A stretch of 63,837 nucleotides of DNA, counting the filler, from Octopus bimaculoides (lineage: Eukaryota), in assembly GCF_001194135.2 (NCBI RefSeq). It is 5 parts of 5 records of this genome, joined end to end, with 100 filler letters (N's around TTAATTAATTAA, not from the genome) between each part and the next. Parts side by side here need not be neighbours in the genome. Positions count along the whole stretch, not along the records: positions 31,439 to 41,219 come from NC_068982.1; positions 41,320 to 55,425 come from NC_069004.1; 3 more parts are not named here. One strand, written 5' to 3'. The notes below the pieces were generated by a model. That model saw only the letters and a list, made by a program, of their open reading frames with translations. It did not search any database and was not told the origin of the DNA. Below are positions 39,153 to 52,656 of this stretch, one piece after another (the first letter of the stretch is position 1; every line of letters starts with the position of its first letter). The position numbers and the translations under genes are program-made.

Positions 39153-40321
39153 AAAGAAAATTAAGACACAATTCAGATGAAGGAGACTTGTATCACTGAG
39201 AAAATTCTATGCATTTGGCTGTGTTTGCATTTCATATCTCTTTTTTAGCAAGGAAATTTTCAAATGATGTACAAACATTGACAAAACATAAACTCAACCA
39301 CATCATTATCATCATCATCTTCATTTAAATCATTGCTGCTGTGGTTGTTGTCAAAGTTGTTGTGTAGCCAAAGCCAACTTTTGACAAAGCAAACCTAGAG
39401 CATGCAGATGGTCCAAGATATATTGATGTTCAATACACACACACACCTATTGTCCCAAATATGCCATGCCCCTCCCCTTCCACACTCCTCTGCTTATGCT
39501 GTTGTTAGCGATCTCAGATTACAAACTATTACAAATTCATACATTCTCAATTTGCTGGAGTTGATTTATATAACACTGCTGCAAGTTTCTTGTTTATAAA
39601 CACCTGGACATGGAATTAAAGGTGCATAATTGTCACTCAAATTCTCCATGCTGGCATGGGCTGGATGGTTTGACAGGAGCTGGGAAGGCCAGGAGCAGCA
39701 CCCAGCTCCTCTGTCTGCTTTGCCATGGTTTCTATAGCTGGATCCCCTTCCGAATGCCAACCACTTTACAATATGTACTGGGTACTTTTTACATGGCAAC
39801 ACCACCAGTGCTTTTTACATGCTAATTTCATGACTTTGCTTGTAATGGAGTTGATGAAGTTTATAATGTTATGATAAGAACCAGGAAAGAAAATCAAAAG
39901 CCTAAGCTTGAAGCAGCCAGTTCTGCATGTGTCATTCACAAAGGTTTTTAAACAGAACATAAACATTAGCGTTTTCTTCAAACTTTCATTTCATATTTCA
40001 AAAAATATTCAGACAGTAGATATTTCTAAAGAAAACCAGGCTTAGTTTACCAACTGATGATTGGAAATGAGTAACTTTGAGTACTGGAAATCAGAGCCTT
40101 TGACTTATAATGTATTAAAGAATATGCTTCAAGTGTATTGAGTCCTGTAATTTATCACTTCTGGTGAATCAACAGAGAATTATATATATATATATTCATA
40201 TTCCCATTTCCTGAGTATCAACTTAATACAATATATGTTTGTTTGGGTTTTTTTTTTACCTTAGAACCCATAAACCAGAAAAAATATGCACTCATATGTT
40301 TGTCAATCGAGTGGGTATATT

Positions 40322-40535
40322 AATTGAAGTGTACAGTATTATATATCCATTACAGCCGATCTTACCAATTGGTTTCATACTAGGGGTTCAACAGAGCATT
40401 AGGTAACAGCCCAATTATGCAAAAGAGTGCAGGGTTATGCAATTGGGCTGTTATCTAACATTCCATTGAAACCCTAGTATGAAACCAATTAGTAAGATTA
40501 GCTGTAATAGATATATAAGACTGTACACTTCAATT
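40322..40535. repeat. 214-bp fold-back inverted repeat (MITE-like hairpin)
   Basis: Arms of about 95 bp (aattgaagtgtacagt...cagcccaatt / aattgggctg...actgtacacttcaatt) around a short spacer, with scattered mismatches. Confidence 0.9.
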
Positions 40536-41629
40536 TGTGTGTATTATTTTTGTTTCTTATCACTTGACAATGAAATCAAATGACAATTGCATATCAGTAG
40601 AATGGCCATAGGATGTTACCTCAAACACACAGCAAAAGAAGTTTGATCTCATCTTCTGATGCATTCCACATCGAGAATGAAAAGAACAGTATTAAAATTT
40701 GAAAAGTATGGTTGCTACTTAGAACAAACAGAAAGGCTTATTAAAGAATAAAACTAGCGATAGCAGAATACTAAATCACTAACCAAAAGAGTTGTGATTT
40801 CCAATTTTCTTGTCATTAGTCAGCAGACTGATATGCAAAGAAAATTGGTGGATTGGCTTTTCTAAAAAAAAAAAGCGAAAATTAAATTGTACAAAAATAA
40901 TTAGAAAAACCAGAAACACTTGATACAACAAAAATACTTGATTTAAAATAAACCAGTCATGAAAAAATTAAATATATATAAACTCATGTTCACTAAATTT
41001 AACTTTAAAAAATGATAATTGATATTGTTGTTGCATGGCTGCACGGTTAAGACATTTGCCTCACAGCTACATAGTTTTGAGTTCAGTTCCACAACATGAC
41101 ACTTTGGGCAGGTGTCTTCTACTATAGTCTCCAGCCAACCAAAATCATGTGAATGGATTTGGTAGACTGAAATTGAAAGAAACTTGTCATATATATATAT
41201 ATGACAAGTTTCTTTTTTANNNNNNNNNNNNNNNNNNNNNNNNNNNNNNNNNNNNNNNNNNNNTTAATTAATTAANNNNNNNNNNNNNNNNNNNNNNNNN
41301 NNNNNNNNNNNNNNNNNNNGCTATAGGAAAGTTGGTTATACATCATTAGATGTACACCTGCTTTCCTATATTAAATTAGAATGAACAGAACGCACGAACT
41401 CCAAACTATCAACTCAACAATATTTATTCATGGTGGAAAATATACAGCTTTAATCTTGTTTGTTGAGGCGCCTTCTGTGTGTGAGAACATGGTTGTTGGG
41501 ACGTTGGTATGTTGATGTGAGCTGTCTAGCGTAAGTTCGAAAGATGGAGCGAGCTAGACACGTCCATGCTCAATCGCTGGCCAGTAAGAAAGAGACAGAA
41601 TAAAGCGGGAAACGCTTGGATGTTGAATT

Positions 41630-41665
41630 CCACGCATGCGTGAGACTACGCATGCGCACGGCGTT
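41630..41665. promoter_or_regulatory. Paired GCATGCG palindromes (NRF1/Ewg-like) in a CpG-rich island
   Basis: ccACGCATGCGTgagactACGCATGCGCAcggcg, within a CpG-rich stretch of about 350 bp in an otherwise CpG-depleted domain. Confidence 0.35.
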
Positions 41666-42089
41666 ACTACACTACTATTATCTGTTGATTGCAACTCTTG
41701 ATAAAATGGTCATTTTTTTTTCCTTCCTGGTGAAAAGGAAATGGGATTTGAAATCAGAACATACAGATCTGGAACAGACACTAAGGCAATACAACCAAGC
41801 TACTCCTCTAGACAAGTATATATTTATTGACCTCAGAAAAATTAAAAGCAAAATTGACCCAAGCAGGGTCTGAGCTTAGAGAATCAGAACAAATATCGCA
41901 AAAACATTTTATCCAATACTAGCAATTTAATGTTAGAAAAACCCATCTTCACCCATTATTCCTGGCATAAAGTTCTTGGGCACTTCTTCCATATCAGAAG
42001 TAACATTAATTAGTTTCCAGCTGGATTCCCAAGTCTGACCAACTGAGACTATGGATCTTATCCAACCATTTTATTCTTGGTCTATCCTT

Positions 42090-42470
42090 CTTTCTATTTT
42101 GTTTCAGTCATTAAACTGCAGCCATGTTGGGGCATACACCTCGAGGAATTTTAGTTGAACTAGTCAACCCCAGTAATTATTTTCTTTTTAAACCTGGTAC
42201 TTATTCTACTGATTTCTCTTGCCAAAGCACTAATGGGGAAGTAAACACACCAATACCAGTTGTCAAGTAGATACAAAGACACACATATAAATACTCATAT
42301 ATATATATGACAGGCTTGTTTCAGTTCCTGTCTACCAAATCCACTCACAAGGCTTTGGTCAGCCTGAAGCTATTGTAGAAGACACTTGCCCAAGGTGCCA
42401 CACAGTGGGACTGAACCTGGAACCATGTAGTTAGGGAGCAAACTTTTTACCACACAGCCATGCCTGTCTC
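42090..42470 (-). mobile_element. SINE family A, CpG-decayed minus-strand copy
   Basis: Aligns to family A with CpG changed to TpG/CpA at the positions I compared (tgacagg, ggtcagcctga, cacaca, cctgg). Confidence 0.88.
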
Positions 42471-43664
42471 TTAAATGAGATATTAGAACATGTAGTCCTA
42501 GCCTGCTGGATTGGGTTGAAGAATCTGTCATGCAATTCTTTCCAGCATTGATGTAATCACATGTCTGTAGCACCAGAGCTGTGACCTTTTGGTGAAGAAG
42601 TAGCAACTCGACCAAGAGAGACTCTCTGAGCTATGCACCCTGTCAAGTAATGTTATTCCAGAGATCATTCAGAGGAACCCCATTTCAGTTACTTGTATCC
42701 AATAATAATGGTATCAGTGACAATAATCTTCACAATAGCAATCATTATCATCGGTTAATGTTCCTTTTTCCGTGTTAGCCTTGGTTCAGCAGATTTCCCT
42801 CCCATGCCACCAATCACAATCCTTTGTCATCTGGTACATACAGTAAGTAACAGAGAAAACACCAAACCTTTGCTCACCATCATCACTGTTTAAAGTCCAT
42901 TTTTCCATGCTTGTATGAGTCAGACAGAATTTGTTGAGGTGGGTTTTCTACAGTTGGATGTAGTTGTTGTTTACAACTATCGCATGAAGTCAAGGGAAGG
43001 AGACAGTAACACACACACATATTTTGTTATACTTGGGGATGGTCATCTTTTGCCAATTAAACACACACATTTATTTATTTGATCTTTGCTTTAGTTTTAT
43101 TATCATTATTTTTTAAAATTCATTTGTCCGTCAAAGTTCTTTCATCACACACTCTGTAACCTCTTCAGTGACTCTCCATTCCATGTATCTCCTCTTGCCC
43201 TGCCTATTCCATCTTCATATATATATATATATATATACATATACACACACACACACACACACAGTGGGCTCCTTTCTGTTTTTGTATACCAAATGCACTC
43301 ACAAAGCTTTGTTGGGCTATAGTAAAAGACACTTGCCCAAGATGCCATGCAGTGGGACTGAACCCAAAACAATGTAGTTAGGAAGCAAACTTCTAACCAC
43401 ACAATCATGTCCGTGCCTTTGTTATTGTACATATTTGTCTACAATTGGTTATCCTTCCAATTACAAGCCACTTTGGAATAGTTTAACTGTATCACCAACA
43501 CTGGAGAGGTTATCTACAGCAAGATTGAGAAGTAGTAATAGCACTCACAATAATGATATAAAACAACCACAAGAACCTTGGTGATAAGATGTATAGTGGA
43601 TTACATGAACCCTGGTAGTTGACTGTTGCTTGTTGTTGTTTAGCTCTGGATGTATCCTGTGAAA

Positions 43665-43975
43665 GCCCGTGGCTAAGTGGTTAGGGTATTTGGCTCATGA
43701 TTGTAAGGTTGTGAGTTCAATACCTGGCGATGTGTTGTGTCCTTGAGCAAGACACCTTATTTCACATTGCTCCAGTCCACTCAGCTGGCAAAAATGAGTT
43801 GTACCTGCATTTCAAAGGGCCAGCCTTGTCGCACTCTGCGTCATACTGAATCTCCTTGAGATCTACAGGTGTCTGTGGAGTGCTCAGCCACTTGCATGTT
43901 AGTCACAAGCAGGTTGTTCTGTTGATCGGATCAACTGGAACCTTCACCATTGTAACCGACACAGTACCACGGGTC
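43665..43975 (+). mobile_element. tRNA-derived SINE family C
   Basis: Head gtggctaagtggttagg...gagttcaatacc and body ggagtgctcagccacttgcatgtta...gatcggatcaactggaacc. Other copies at about 118-300 and 25810-26020 (+), and 28710-29032 and 63570-63837 (-). Confidence 0.85.
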
Positions 43976-43999
43976 CTGAATAATTAAATGTTCAGCCAA

Positions 44000-46954
44000 A
44001 GACAATCTAGCAATGACCAGTTCATCTTGTTTCCTGGAGTACCATAGCCCAGACTACAACACCAGATAAGCCATTTTGGGTACTGCTTGAAGGAGAACTT
44101 TGATACTGCTTCCATAATAGTTTCACTGTTGACTCATTGCTGTTTCCTTTATTAATATCAGGTAGGATTTGAATGCAAAGCATAAAAGGATATAATAGCT
44201 CAATACAAGGCATTTTACCTGTAATAACTAAAAGATCAAGTGATGACATTAAGGAACACAAAGAAAAATTTACTCTCGACATTCTTTATTATTTTTCTTA
44301 TTATTTCCCAAATTTCGACAAAATATTCATGACAAACACAAAACATTTTTAAACAATAGGTTGTCATGTGAGATAGAGAGAAGGAAAAAGAGGGATCAAC
44401 AAAACAGCAAATAAAAGCATTGACAGAGAGAGAGAGAGAGAAGGAGTGTGATGGATAATAAAATTATTAGAATAAACAAAGTGAAAGAAGGGAAAAAGAG
44501 GAAAAAATATGTCAGAGTATTAATCAAAAAATAGTATTTAGAAAATAAAACAAAAACGAGTCAAAATAAAAAAAAAATTTTTTTCCTTTTGTTTTTAAAG
44601 CCAGGAGAGAAAATTATTGGAAAATGAAATTTAATAATAAAAAATAAGTTGAGGAGACTTGAAATGTATGGACGAAGAAGAAACAGCTTATTGTTAAACA
44701 ACAAAAACATTACAATGTGAGTACAGAGTTTTGCAGGATTAAAACAAAAAAAAACCCCCCAAAATATGTTAAATGTATGCATTAGTGTGTGTAATTTATA
44801 TTCTTTAGCTAAACAAACCAAAATTAAGCAGTAATAAAATTAATTTTAAAATATAGCTTTGTATGCATATATGAGTTTGTGTGTGTGTGTGTGCGTGTGC
44901 ATGTGTACACATTTGTGTGACTATGTTCATAATAAATAACAAACTAAAACATCAGAAATCAAATCAAAAATAATCTTGGAATTTTTAGCTATTTAACTAC
45001 TGGAAAAACATTTTTAAAAACAAATAGTAATAATAACAACACTATTAATAATGAAATAACCCTTATGTATGCAAAATACCCAAGTACTACATGAACATTT
45101 TGGAATATTGTAGAAATAAAGAAATTAAAACAGCAAGACAGAAACCTTAGCTATAAAATCATTTAAATATTTTCGTCTATGGTAAGTAAAGTTCTCTATG
45201 AAATAGCAGAGGGCAGACAGATAGATTCAGGTTTAAGCTTATTTATCTCTACAAGACAAAACTGCTTCTAACTGATATAAGATAGATATATGTATTATAT
45301 AATCACAAACATTCAAACAGACCAGGCAGAGTTCTGATATAAAAAAAAACAAAAAGAAAAAAATCTTATCTTTTGGTACTGCCAATAATTGGTTAGGAGG
45401 CTGAGCTTGTCTGAACTGAGAATTATTTATGAAAAAAATTGCTGTGATGACAGGGGCAGGGGAGGAAGAGGACATGAATCAACTCTGACATCAACATCCA
45501 AAAAATTCTAATATAACCACAATCATGAAATTTGTAAATTTTGAAAAGATTGGAGGGTGGTGGGTCATCAAAATTGTAAATTCTGACAGATTGGAGAGGG
45601 TGGATGAGTATGAATAGAGCAGGCAAAGGGCAATCAAAATATTCAAATCTGACAGATTGGGATGCGAGATTCAATTCTGACAGGCCAAACTTGTCTGAAT
45701 TTAACTTGTAGCAATGTAAGCTGTGCAAGACTCAGATGTCAACAAAGAATTCGGTTCCTCAGACATGGTTAATAGAGAGTAGGAGAGGTAAAAGGGACAG
45801 CCCTTCTCTAGTAGTAAATATTTAAGTTAATTATGGATCTCCTGATAGATAGAGGCAACTAAAACTTGACTAGCATTGACAAAACCCTACTGGGTGTATA
45901 CACAGACAGGGATGGGGATGAACTTGTAATGAAATTAACACACCAGAACAAGTGCAAAACAAACGTTGACAAATCTACACATGCATATATGTAGATATGT
46001 ATATGGATGTGTTCATGCATGTTTATATATCACACACATAAAGACAATATCACAAGAAATAATGAGAGTGCTTTTAATCAGGAAGAGATTAACAATAGAA
46101 TCAGTTATATTGAATACGTGTTCAATACTTGTTTGGTATCCCATAGTTCCAAAAGCGGGCAGCTAGCTGCATAGAGACGCGTTAACAAAATAAATCAAGA
46201 AGTATTGGGAGTGCAGGGTAGGTTTGTTTGGGTGTTGAAGGGGCCAGGCATTGCCTCCCACTGGTTTGTGCACATCCAAATCATTGTTTAAATAAAGTAG
46301 CAGAGAAACTAGAAAATATGAACACATACACATACTGTGTCTCAAAACTAATTAGAAAACTAATCTTAATTAAGGAAAATGATAATTAACAAAATAAAAT
46401 CACAATCAAATAACAGACAGACTGTCAAGACAGCAAGCATGGATGGATACATGGATGGATGAAGTGTTTGGTGAAATTAAAAAGACAAAAAAAAAACCCC
46501 TTTTTTCTGGTTTTTAATTTTACATTCAAAGTAAAAAGAACAAAAGTTAAGAGAGTTTAATTTGAGACAAGTTTGGCCAAGAAAGAATTGTGCCTGTTAA
46601 CACTGTATGCTACATTAAATTTCAATAATGTATTCTCATGTGTCGAGACACAATAAATAGCAAGGACCAATGGCTTTAAGGTAAGACCCAAAATATAGCA
46701 ACATGACAAATGCTGTTAAATGATGGCCCAAACACCACCTTCCAGTAAAATTGCAAAAAGAAGTGCTGCCAACTGATACCTGGCCCAGCAAATGTGATGA
46801 TGGTAGGGATAGAAACCAGGAAAAAAATTCTTCACAGAAGAACTCTTCACTCTGGGCAGTCAGTTGCTAATATTGCCAGATGCTGCACAAAGTTGTTTTT
46901 TTGTATCTTCCTCTTTTTTTCTCTTTTGTGTGTGCTGCTTGCCTCCATCCCACA
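44000..46954 (-). other. Probable long 3' UTR / downstream region of UBFD1
   Basis: About 3 kb of AT-rich, nearly transposon-free sequence directly after the stop codon, with minus-strand AATAAA signals (forward tttatt near 44148 and 44285). The 3' end is not determinable. Confidence 0.4.
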
Positions 46955-47065
46955 TCAAAAATACTGCCACTTGCCGAGGATAGCATCTTTAATGGCATCT
47001 ACATACTGAGCTGGAACCCAGTACACCCAATAACGAGATGCTTCAGTTGTTCCAAGCTGAATTCC
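46955..47065 (-). CDS. UBFD1: UBFD1 terminal coding exon
   Basis: Acceptor ttttcttaatttttag|GGA; 111 nt ending in TGA. Translates GIQLGTTEASRYWVYWVPAQYVDAIKDAILGKWQYF*, the characteristic UBFD1 C-terminus. Confidence 0.96.
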   Translation of the reverse strand, partial: GIQLGTTEASRYWVYWVPAQYVDAIKDAILGKWQYF

Positions 47066-49220
47066 CTAAAAATTAAGAAAAAAAAAATTATAATTTAAAA
47101 ACACTAATATGTTAGAGAAAAACAGTCAGCATAGGGACAAAAAAAGGTGGGAGGGGGGACACTATAATAACAGTTTCTTAAATGTTTAGTATTTAAACCA
47201 GCCATATCTGGTCAAAATATTCTACCTCCTTTTTGTTTAAACTGTCCAGATCTGGCCTCTCACACCTAACCATATCAAAATCTTAAAGCTATGAGATAAT
47301 GCATGATTAATTCAAAACAATGTGAATATACATGCATTGTATTTTAAAGAGTTTTCTCAATGCTAAAGGATTAAATAAATATACAAACTGCATTTTCTGT
47401 TGTTTTAAAAAAAGCCAACAAGGAAGCCTCTATTTTAGGGGATATGAGATGACATTTTACGGGATGTAGTAAACAAAAGTATAGACTTTATATTTTATAT
47501 ATTTCAGGGGGTGTAGCAAACAGAGAATGTATATTTAACTTAATTGAAATTACTTTACAGGATAAAATAATTAATGAGTTCTTAAAAATGACTTCTACTA
47601 AGCACACCAAAAATTCCACATCTGTAGATGTAACCTGTAAGAGGTTACGGCCAAGAGCTGTACCCTCATTCCACTTGCAGCAATATATTTCAGGTTCAAT
47701 CCCACTGCATGGCATACCTAAAGTGTCTTCTATTTTAGTTCTGGGTCAACCAAAACTTTGCAAGTGGATCTGGCAGATGGAAACTGAAAGAAGCCAATCA
47801 TATAAGAGTGTGTGTGTGTGTGCGTGTGTGAGAGAGGGAGAGCAAAAGAGAGAGAGTTCTTATTTTCCTCACATTTGCTGGTTTGTATACAATGGCTCCC
47901 ACCAGTTCACCAAAAAAAGCATGTCCGGGCTTCTCAATATGTCTCGACATGTCGCATGATCTCTGTTAGCATACAGTGTTGTTTGCTTCCAGTTTTCCAC
48001 ATAAACCTGTCTGGGCTGCTTGTTGCTTGAAAGACAGGGAGATTATAATTATAACCTTACACGGATACATGTGGTGGTGGTGGTGGTGGTGGTGGTGGTT
48101 GTGGTAGGTGACAGGAAAGGCATTTGGCCATAGAAAATTCTTCTTCAAACTACTCTCATCTGACCCATGCAAGCATGCAAAAGTGGATGTTAAAACAATG
48201 ATGATGATGACGACCATATATCTCGGTTCAGCTTGCTGTTGTCAATCAAAGCACAATCTAGGAATCACCTGAATCCACAGCAGACCCTTGGATCGCTGTC
48301 AACAAGTTCCAAGTTTTGACAAAGTCATGAATAAGAAGCAGAAAAATCTAATTGATTTTACTATTTACAATTTATTTCTTAATTCCTCAATTTACATTTG
48401 CGTTTTATGCAGTAAGTCAAAAGCTTATAATTTTAGTTCAATTTATTCACCCACAACACTGTGTGGGGGTTCAAGTAAAAACAAAAAAATAGTTATTAAC
48501 CCTGTAGTGTTTAATCTGGCCCAAACATTCTTTCCATTTTATGTTTAAACTGGCCAGATCTAGCTTCTCCTACCTGCCCTACTATGTCATTCTAAAAATA
48601 TACAAACACTCCCTTGAAATCTTGAAGCTACAAGATAATGAATGATTAATTCAAAACAATGTGAATAAATAAGTATTTAATTTGACAGAATGCTAAAGGG
48701 TTAAATTGAGTTTTGAAGGTGTAAAAAATTAAATGTGTTGTGGGAAGGGCAAAGCAAAGAAAAGGTTGGAAACCACTGATGTATGTAGTTGCTTAACCTA
48801 CAAGAAATAGCAGCCAAAACACACTTTACCATTTTAAAAGGGGACATATTAGATAATGTAGTCCAAAATATCCCTAAAAAGATATTATGATTACAGTGCA
48901 ACACTTTTTTAATCATAGTTCTGCTTGATCAAAATTAACCTGGGATTAAAACACAATCACACCCAGAGTTTTTAAGGACAGAGACACACTCGAGTTTTGG
49001 CACTCATACTTTTCCACATATCCCCTATACCTACCTCCCAGCCACTCCAATTCCTTTCACTGTCATTTTGTTAAATGATGAGGAAAAATAGAAAGTGCAT
49101 TGCCAAATATACTCTTATGCAAGCATGGAAAAAGATGTACTAAAACAATGATGATATATGTGGTTGTGTAGATATGTACATATATGTGTGTGTATTTGTA
49201 CACACACACAAGGGAATATA

Positions 49221-51279
49221 CACACTGCCAAAATGAACTCCTTGCAGACCGATATATTCAACTATTTTTCATTGTGGCCAACGACAGTACTGCCTGATTG
49301 GCACTCATGCCAGTGGAATGTTAAAAGCACATCCGAACGTGGGGTGTAACCGGCCCACTTATGAGTACCCCTCATTCATTGGACAATGAACTTTGCTTGT
49401 GAAGACCAATTGAGGCAAGTGTAAACAAATCAAAATCACTGCCGTGGCCGATGACAGTACCGCCTGATTGGCACTCGTGCCATTGGAATGTTAAAAGAAG
49501 CATATCCAAGCGTGATCATTGACAGGGCCACGGATTGGCTCCCATGCCGGTGACACGTGAAAAGCACCATTCGAGTGTGATCGTTGCCAGCATTGCCTTA
49601 CCGGCACATGTGCCAGTGGCATGTGAAAAACAACATTCGAGCATGGTCGTTGCCAGTATTGCCAGACTGGCTCCCTGCAGGTAGCACATAAAAAACACCT
49701 TTTGAGCATGGTCATTGCCAGAACCACCTGACTGGCTCTTGTGCCGATGGCACGTAAAAGGCACCCACTACACTCTTGGAGTGGTTGGTGTTAGGAATGG
49801 CATCCAGCTGTAGAAACTTTACCAGATCAGATTGAGCCTGGTGCAGCCTCTGGCTCACCAGTCCTCAGTCAAACTGTCCAACCCATGCCATCATGGAAAG
49901 CGGACATATGATGATGATGATTCATAATTGGCAAATAGAAAAGGATATACGGAAAGCTAAAGAAATGTTTAACATTTAATGCACAAAACATGCATTGTAT
50001 GAAAACGAACAATATTTTGCTGGTCAAAAATTTAAGACCATGACAAAAAGTTTAAATCTAGTATAAACTATAAAAATTCAGGCATTTATGTCCAAGCTTT
50101 CTCCGTGTCAACAACTGCCAGTCACTCCTTGCCTATTTCACAACAACAATGGGCAAAGCTAAAATATTGACAGATTTTGAATGTGGTAGAACTGTAGGGC
50201 TCCAGAAGCAAAGTCTTTCTCAACATGCCATCTCCAGTGAAATTGGTTGCAGTAAAACCACCATTGCGAACTTCTTAAAAGACTGAGGCATATGGATCAA
50301 AAAAATTGACCGTCCAACCAAAGAAAATTTCACCAGCATTGAGTAGAAGGATTCGATGGGACACTAGTGATTCATCAAACCAGATTAAGGCACTTACAGA
50401 CGTGGAATGCAACTCAAGGTTAATAAAAACGACATTTGACAGAGAAAGGTTTAAAAGAGACCCCATCTTCTTCCACATCACAAAACTACTTGTTTAGAAT
50501 TTGCTCAGAATCACCAGACCTGGGACGTTCACAACTGGAAGAAAGTTTTATTCTCAGATGAGATATTCCACTGGAGACTTTTTCAATGAGGCACAGTGGT
50601 GGAAGCTCTATCATGGTATGGGATGCTTCCTTGTACAGCGGAACCATGGAACTTCAGATTGTGCAGGTGCATCAAACAGCAACTGGCTAAGTTGGCATGT
50701 TGGAGCAGGCATCACTTTTGACTGAAGGCCCTTTTGCGGAGAAGACTGGATTTAACAGGATAATGCTACAATCCATAATGCTCACAAGCCAAAGGATTTC
50801 TTCAGAACAAATAACGTTTATTTCCTGAATAATCCTCCAAGTTCCCCTGACCTAAACCCCATTGATAATCTTTGGAGATGGATGGCAAGAAATGTTTACA
50901 AAAATGGAATGCAATTTGAGACTGCAGATGCTCTTTGCTAGGCAGTAACATTCTGGACAACCACCTGCAAACACTTGTGTCAAGTATGCCACGGAAAATT
51001 TTTCAAGTTATTTGCAGGAATGGTAACTATTGAGCCCCCTTGTTCATTGTTTTCATTTGTTATTTGTCATAGTCTTAAACTTATGATCAAGCAAAATATT
51101 GTTAGTTTTCATACAATGCATATTTTGTACATTAAGTGTTAAACATTTCTTTAGGTTTTCGTATATCTTTTTCTATTTACCAATAATGAATCTATAGTGC
51201 AAAATAGTCAAATATATCAGTTTGCAAGGAGTTCATTTCAGCAGTTCTTTCATTTATCTTAAGATTCAGTGCAGCAGTG
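49221..51279 (+). mobile_element. Degraded Tc1/Tc3-like DNA transposon with long TIRs, in a UBFD1 intron
   Basis: Transposase remnant from ATG at 50149 (MGKAKILTDFECGRTVGLQKQSLSQHAISSEIGCSKTTIANFLK; FSDE; QDNATIH; SPDLNPIDNLW) with stops and frameshifts. Inverted repeats 49919-50048 vs 51061-51192 and 49225-49281 vs about 51193-51246. TA at both outer ends. Confidence 0.88.
49282..49918 (+). mobile_element. SINE family D (internal roughly 55-60 bp tandem units, RTE-like (GAT)n tail) nested in the Tc1 left TIR
   Basis: Repeated aaaagcaccattcgagtgtgatcgttgccag-like units and tail cccatgccatcatggaaagcggacatatgatgatga. Related copies at 55172-55425 and about 39640-39820 (-). Confidence 0.8.
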
Positions 51280-51292
51280 TATGTGAATATGA

Positions 51293-51327
<35 letters not shown>

Positions 51328-51932
51328 TGTTTGTGAGTATGCACATATATGAATATATTCTTGTGGTTAAGAAGTATCTGATGCAATCATATTAAAATCT
51401 ACTGCACAGCACCTTGCATAAAGCATCTGATAACATAGATTCAATGCCAACCAAATTCTTGTCAGTGGAACTGGGCAAATAGAAACATGGGGGCATATCA
51501 CACGTCATTGTTTTAACATCCACTTTTCCATGTTTGCATGGAGTTTGTTGGGGTGGATTTTTTGAAGTCAGATACCCTCCTTGTCCCTTATTGCCAACCC
51601 CTACCAGTGTCCAAAGAAGGTAATATTTCTCCCATAGCTGAATATGTTTACATGGAATGTCAGAAATGAAGTATATTGCTTGCATGATGGTAACACTCAC
51701 AACTATCACATAATATCAAGGCAAGGAGACAGTAACACACACACACACCTCTGAGAGGTACAAGACTCTATTCTCTGTAGCCACCTGCTGTCAACTTTTC
51801 CCCATCTTCTAAAGATGTTTATCCAATTTTCTAGGCTGTTTCCACAGCTATCCTGCATTCAAAACTTACTTTATTTCTGTTATTACCAACCCACTCGATA
51901 CTTCTATTTTTTATTTATAAAAAAGTGTATAT

Positions 51933-51966
<34 letters not shown>

Positions 51967-52605
51967 ATGGGTTTCTTTCAGTTTCTGTGAACCAAATCCA
52001 CTCACAAGGTCTTGGTCAACCAGGGTTATAGTAGAAGACACTTGCCTAGGGTGCGCCATGCAGTGGGTCTGAACCCTAAACCATGTGATTAGGACAGAAA
52101 CTTCTTAGCACCGGCCATGCCTAAAATGCATCAGCCTTGAGATGCCAAATTCAATCAGACTTTGTGGCATCTTTTATAATATTAAATCAGCTGAAGTCTG
52201 GAGTGATAGTGGGTAGGTGGGATGGAAACTGTGGAAGCCTCTCAGATATTCCTATAATTCAAAAGTTCCGAGTCATACTGATTCTGCCAGGAATACTCAG
52301 CCACTTATACTATAAGTCTATGAGTAACCAGTTTGATTTATTGAACAACTGCAGTACTCTTTTATTGGCAAAATAAGAAACACATTTGCTTGTAAACATC
52401 ATCATCATTGCTTTAATGTTCACTTTTCCATGCTTGAATGGGTTGAATGAAATTTGTTGAGGCAGATTTCCTATGGTCAGGTGCCCTTCTTTCCACCAAT
52501 CCTTACCTGTTTCAAACCTAGGTAATATTTCCTCATGGCCAGACATGTTTCCACAGAATATTGGAAATGATATTCATTTATGACAATCACACACTGTCAA
52601 GACAA

Positions 52606-52656
<51 letters not shown>

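Noticed and set aside
41176-41215. Perfect 40-bp palindrome
   Set aside because: It is centred on self-complementary (AT)n and ends at a contig edge beside a gap, so it is most likely an assembler turn-around artefact.
44022-44282. 86-aa minus-strand ORF with AG/GT sites downstream of UBFD1
   Set aside because: It lies beyond the UBFD1 stop codon, has no recognisable homology, and is compatible with chance in UTR or intergenic DNA.
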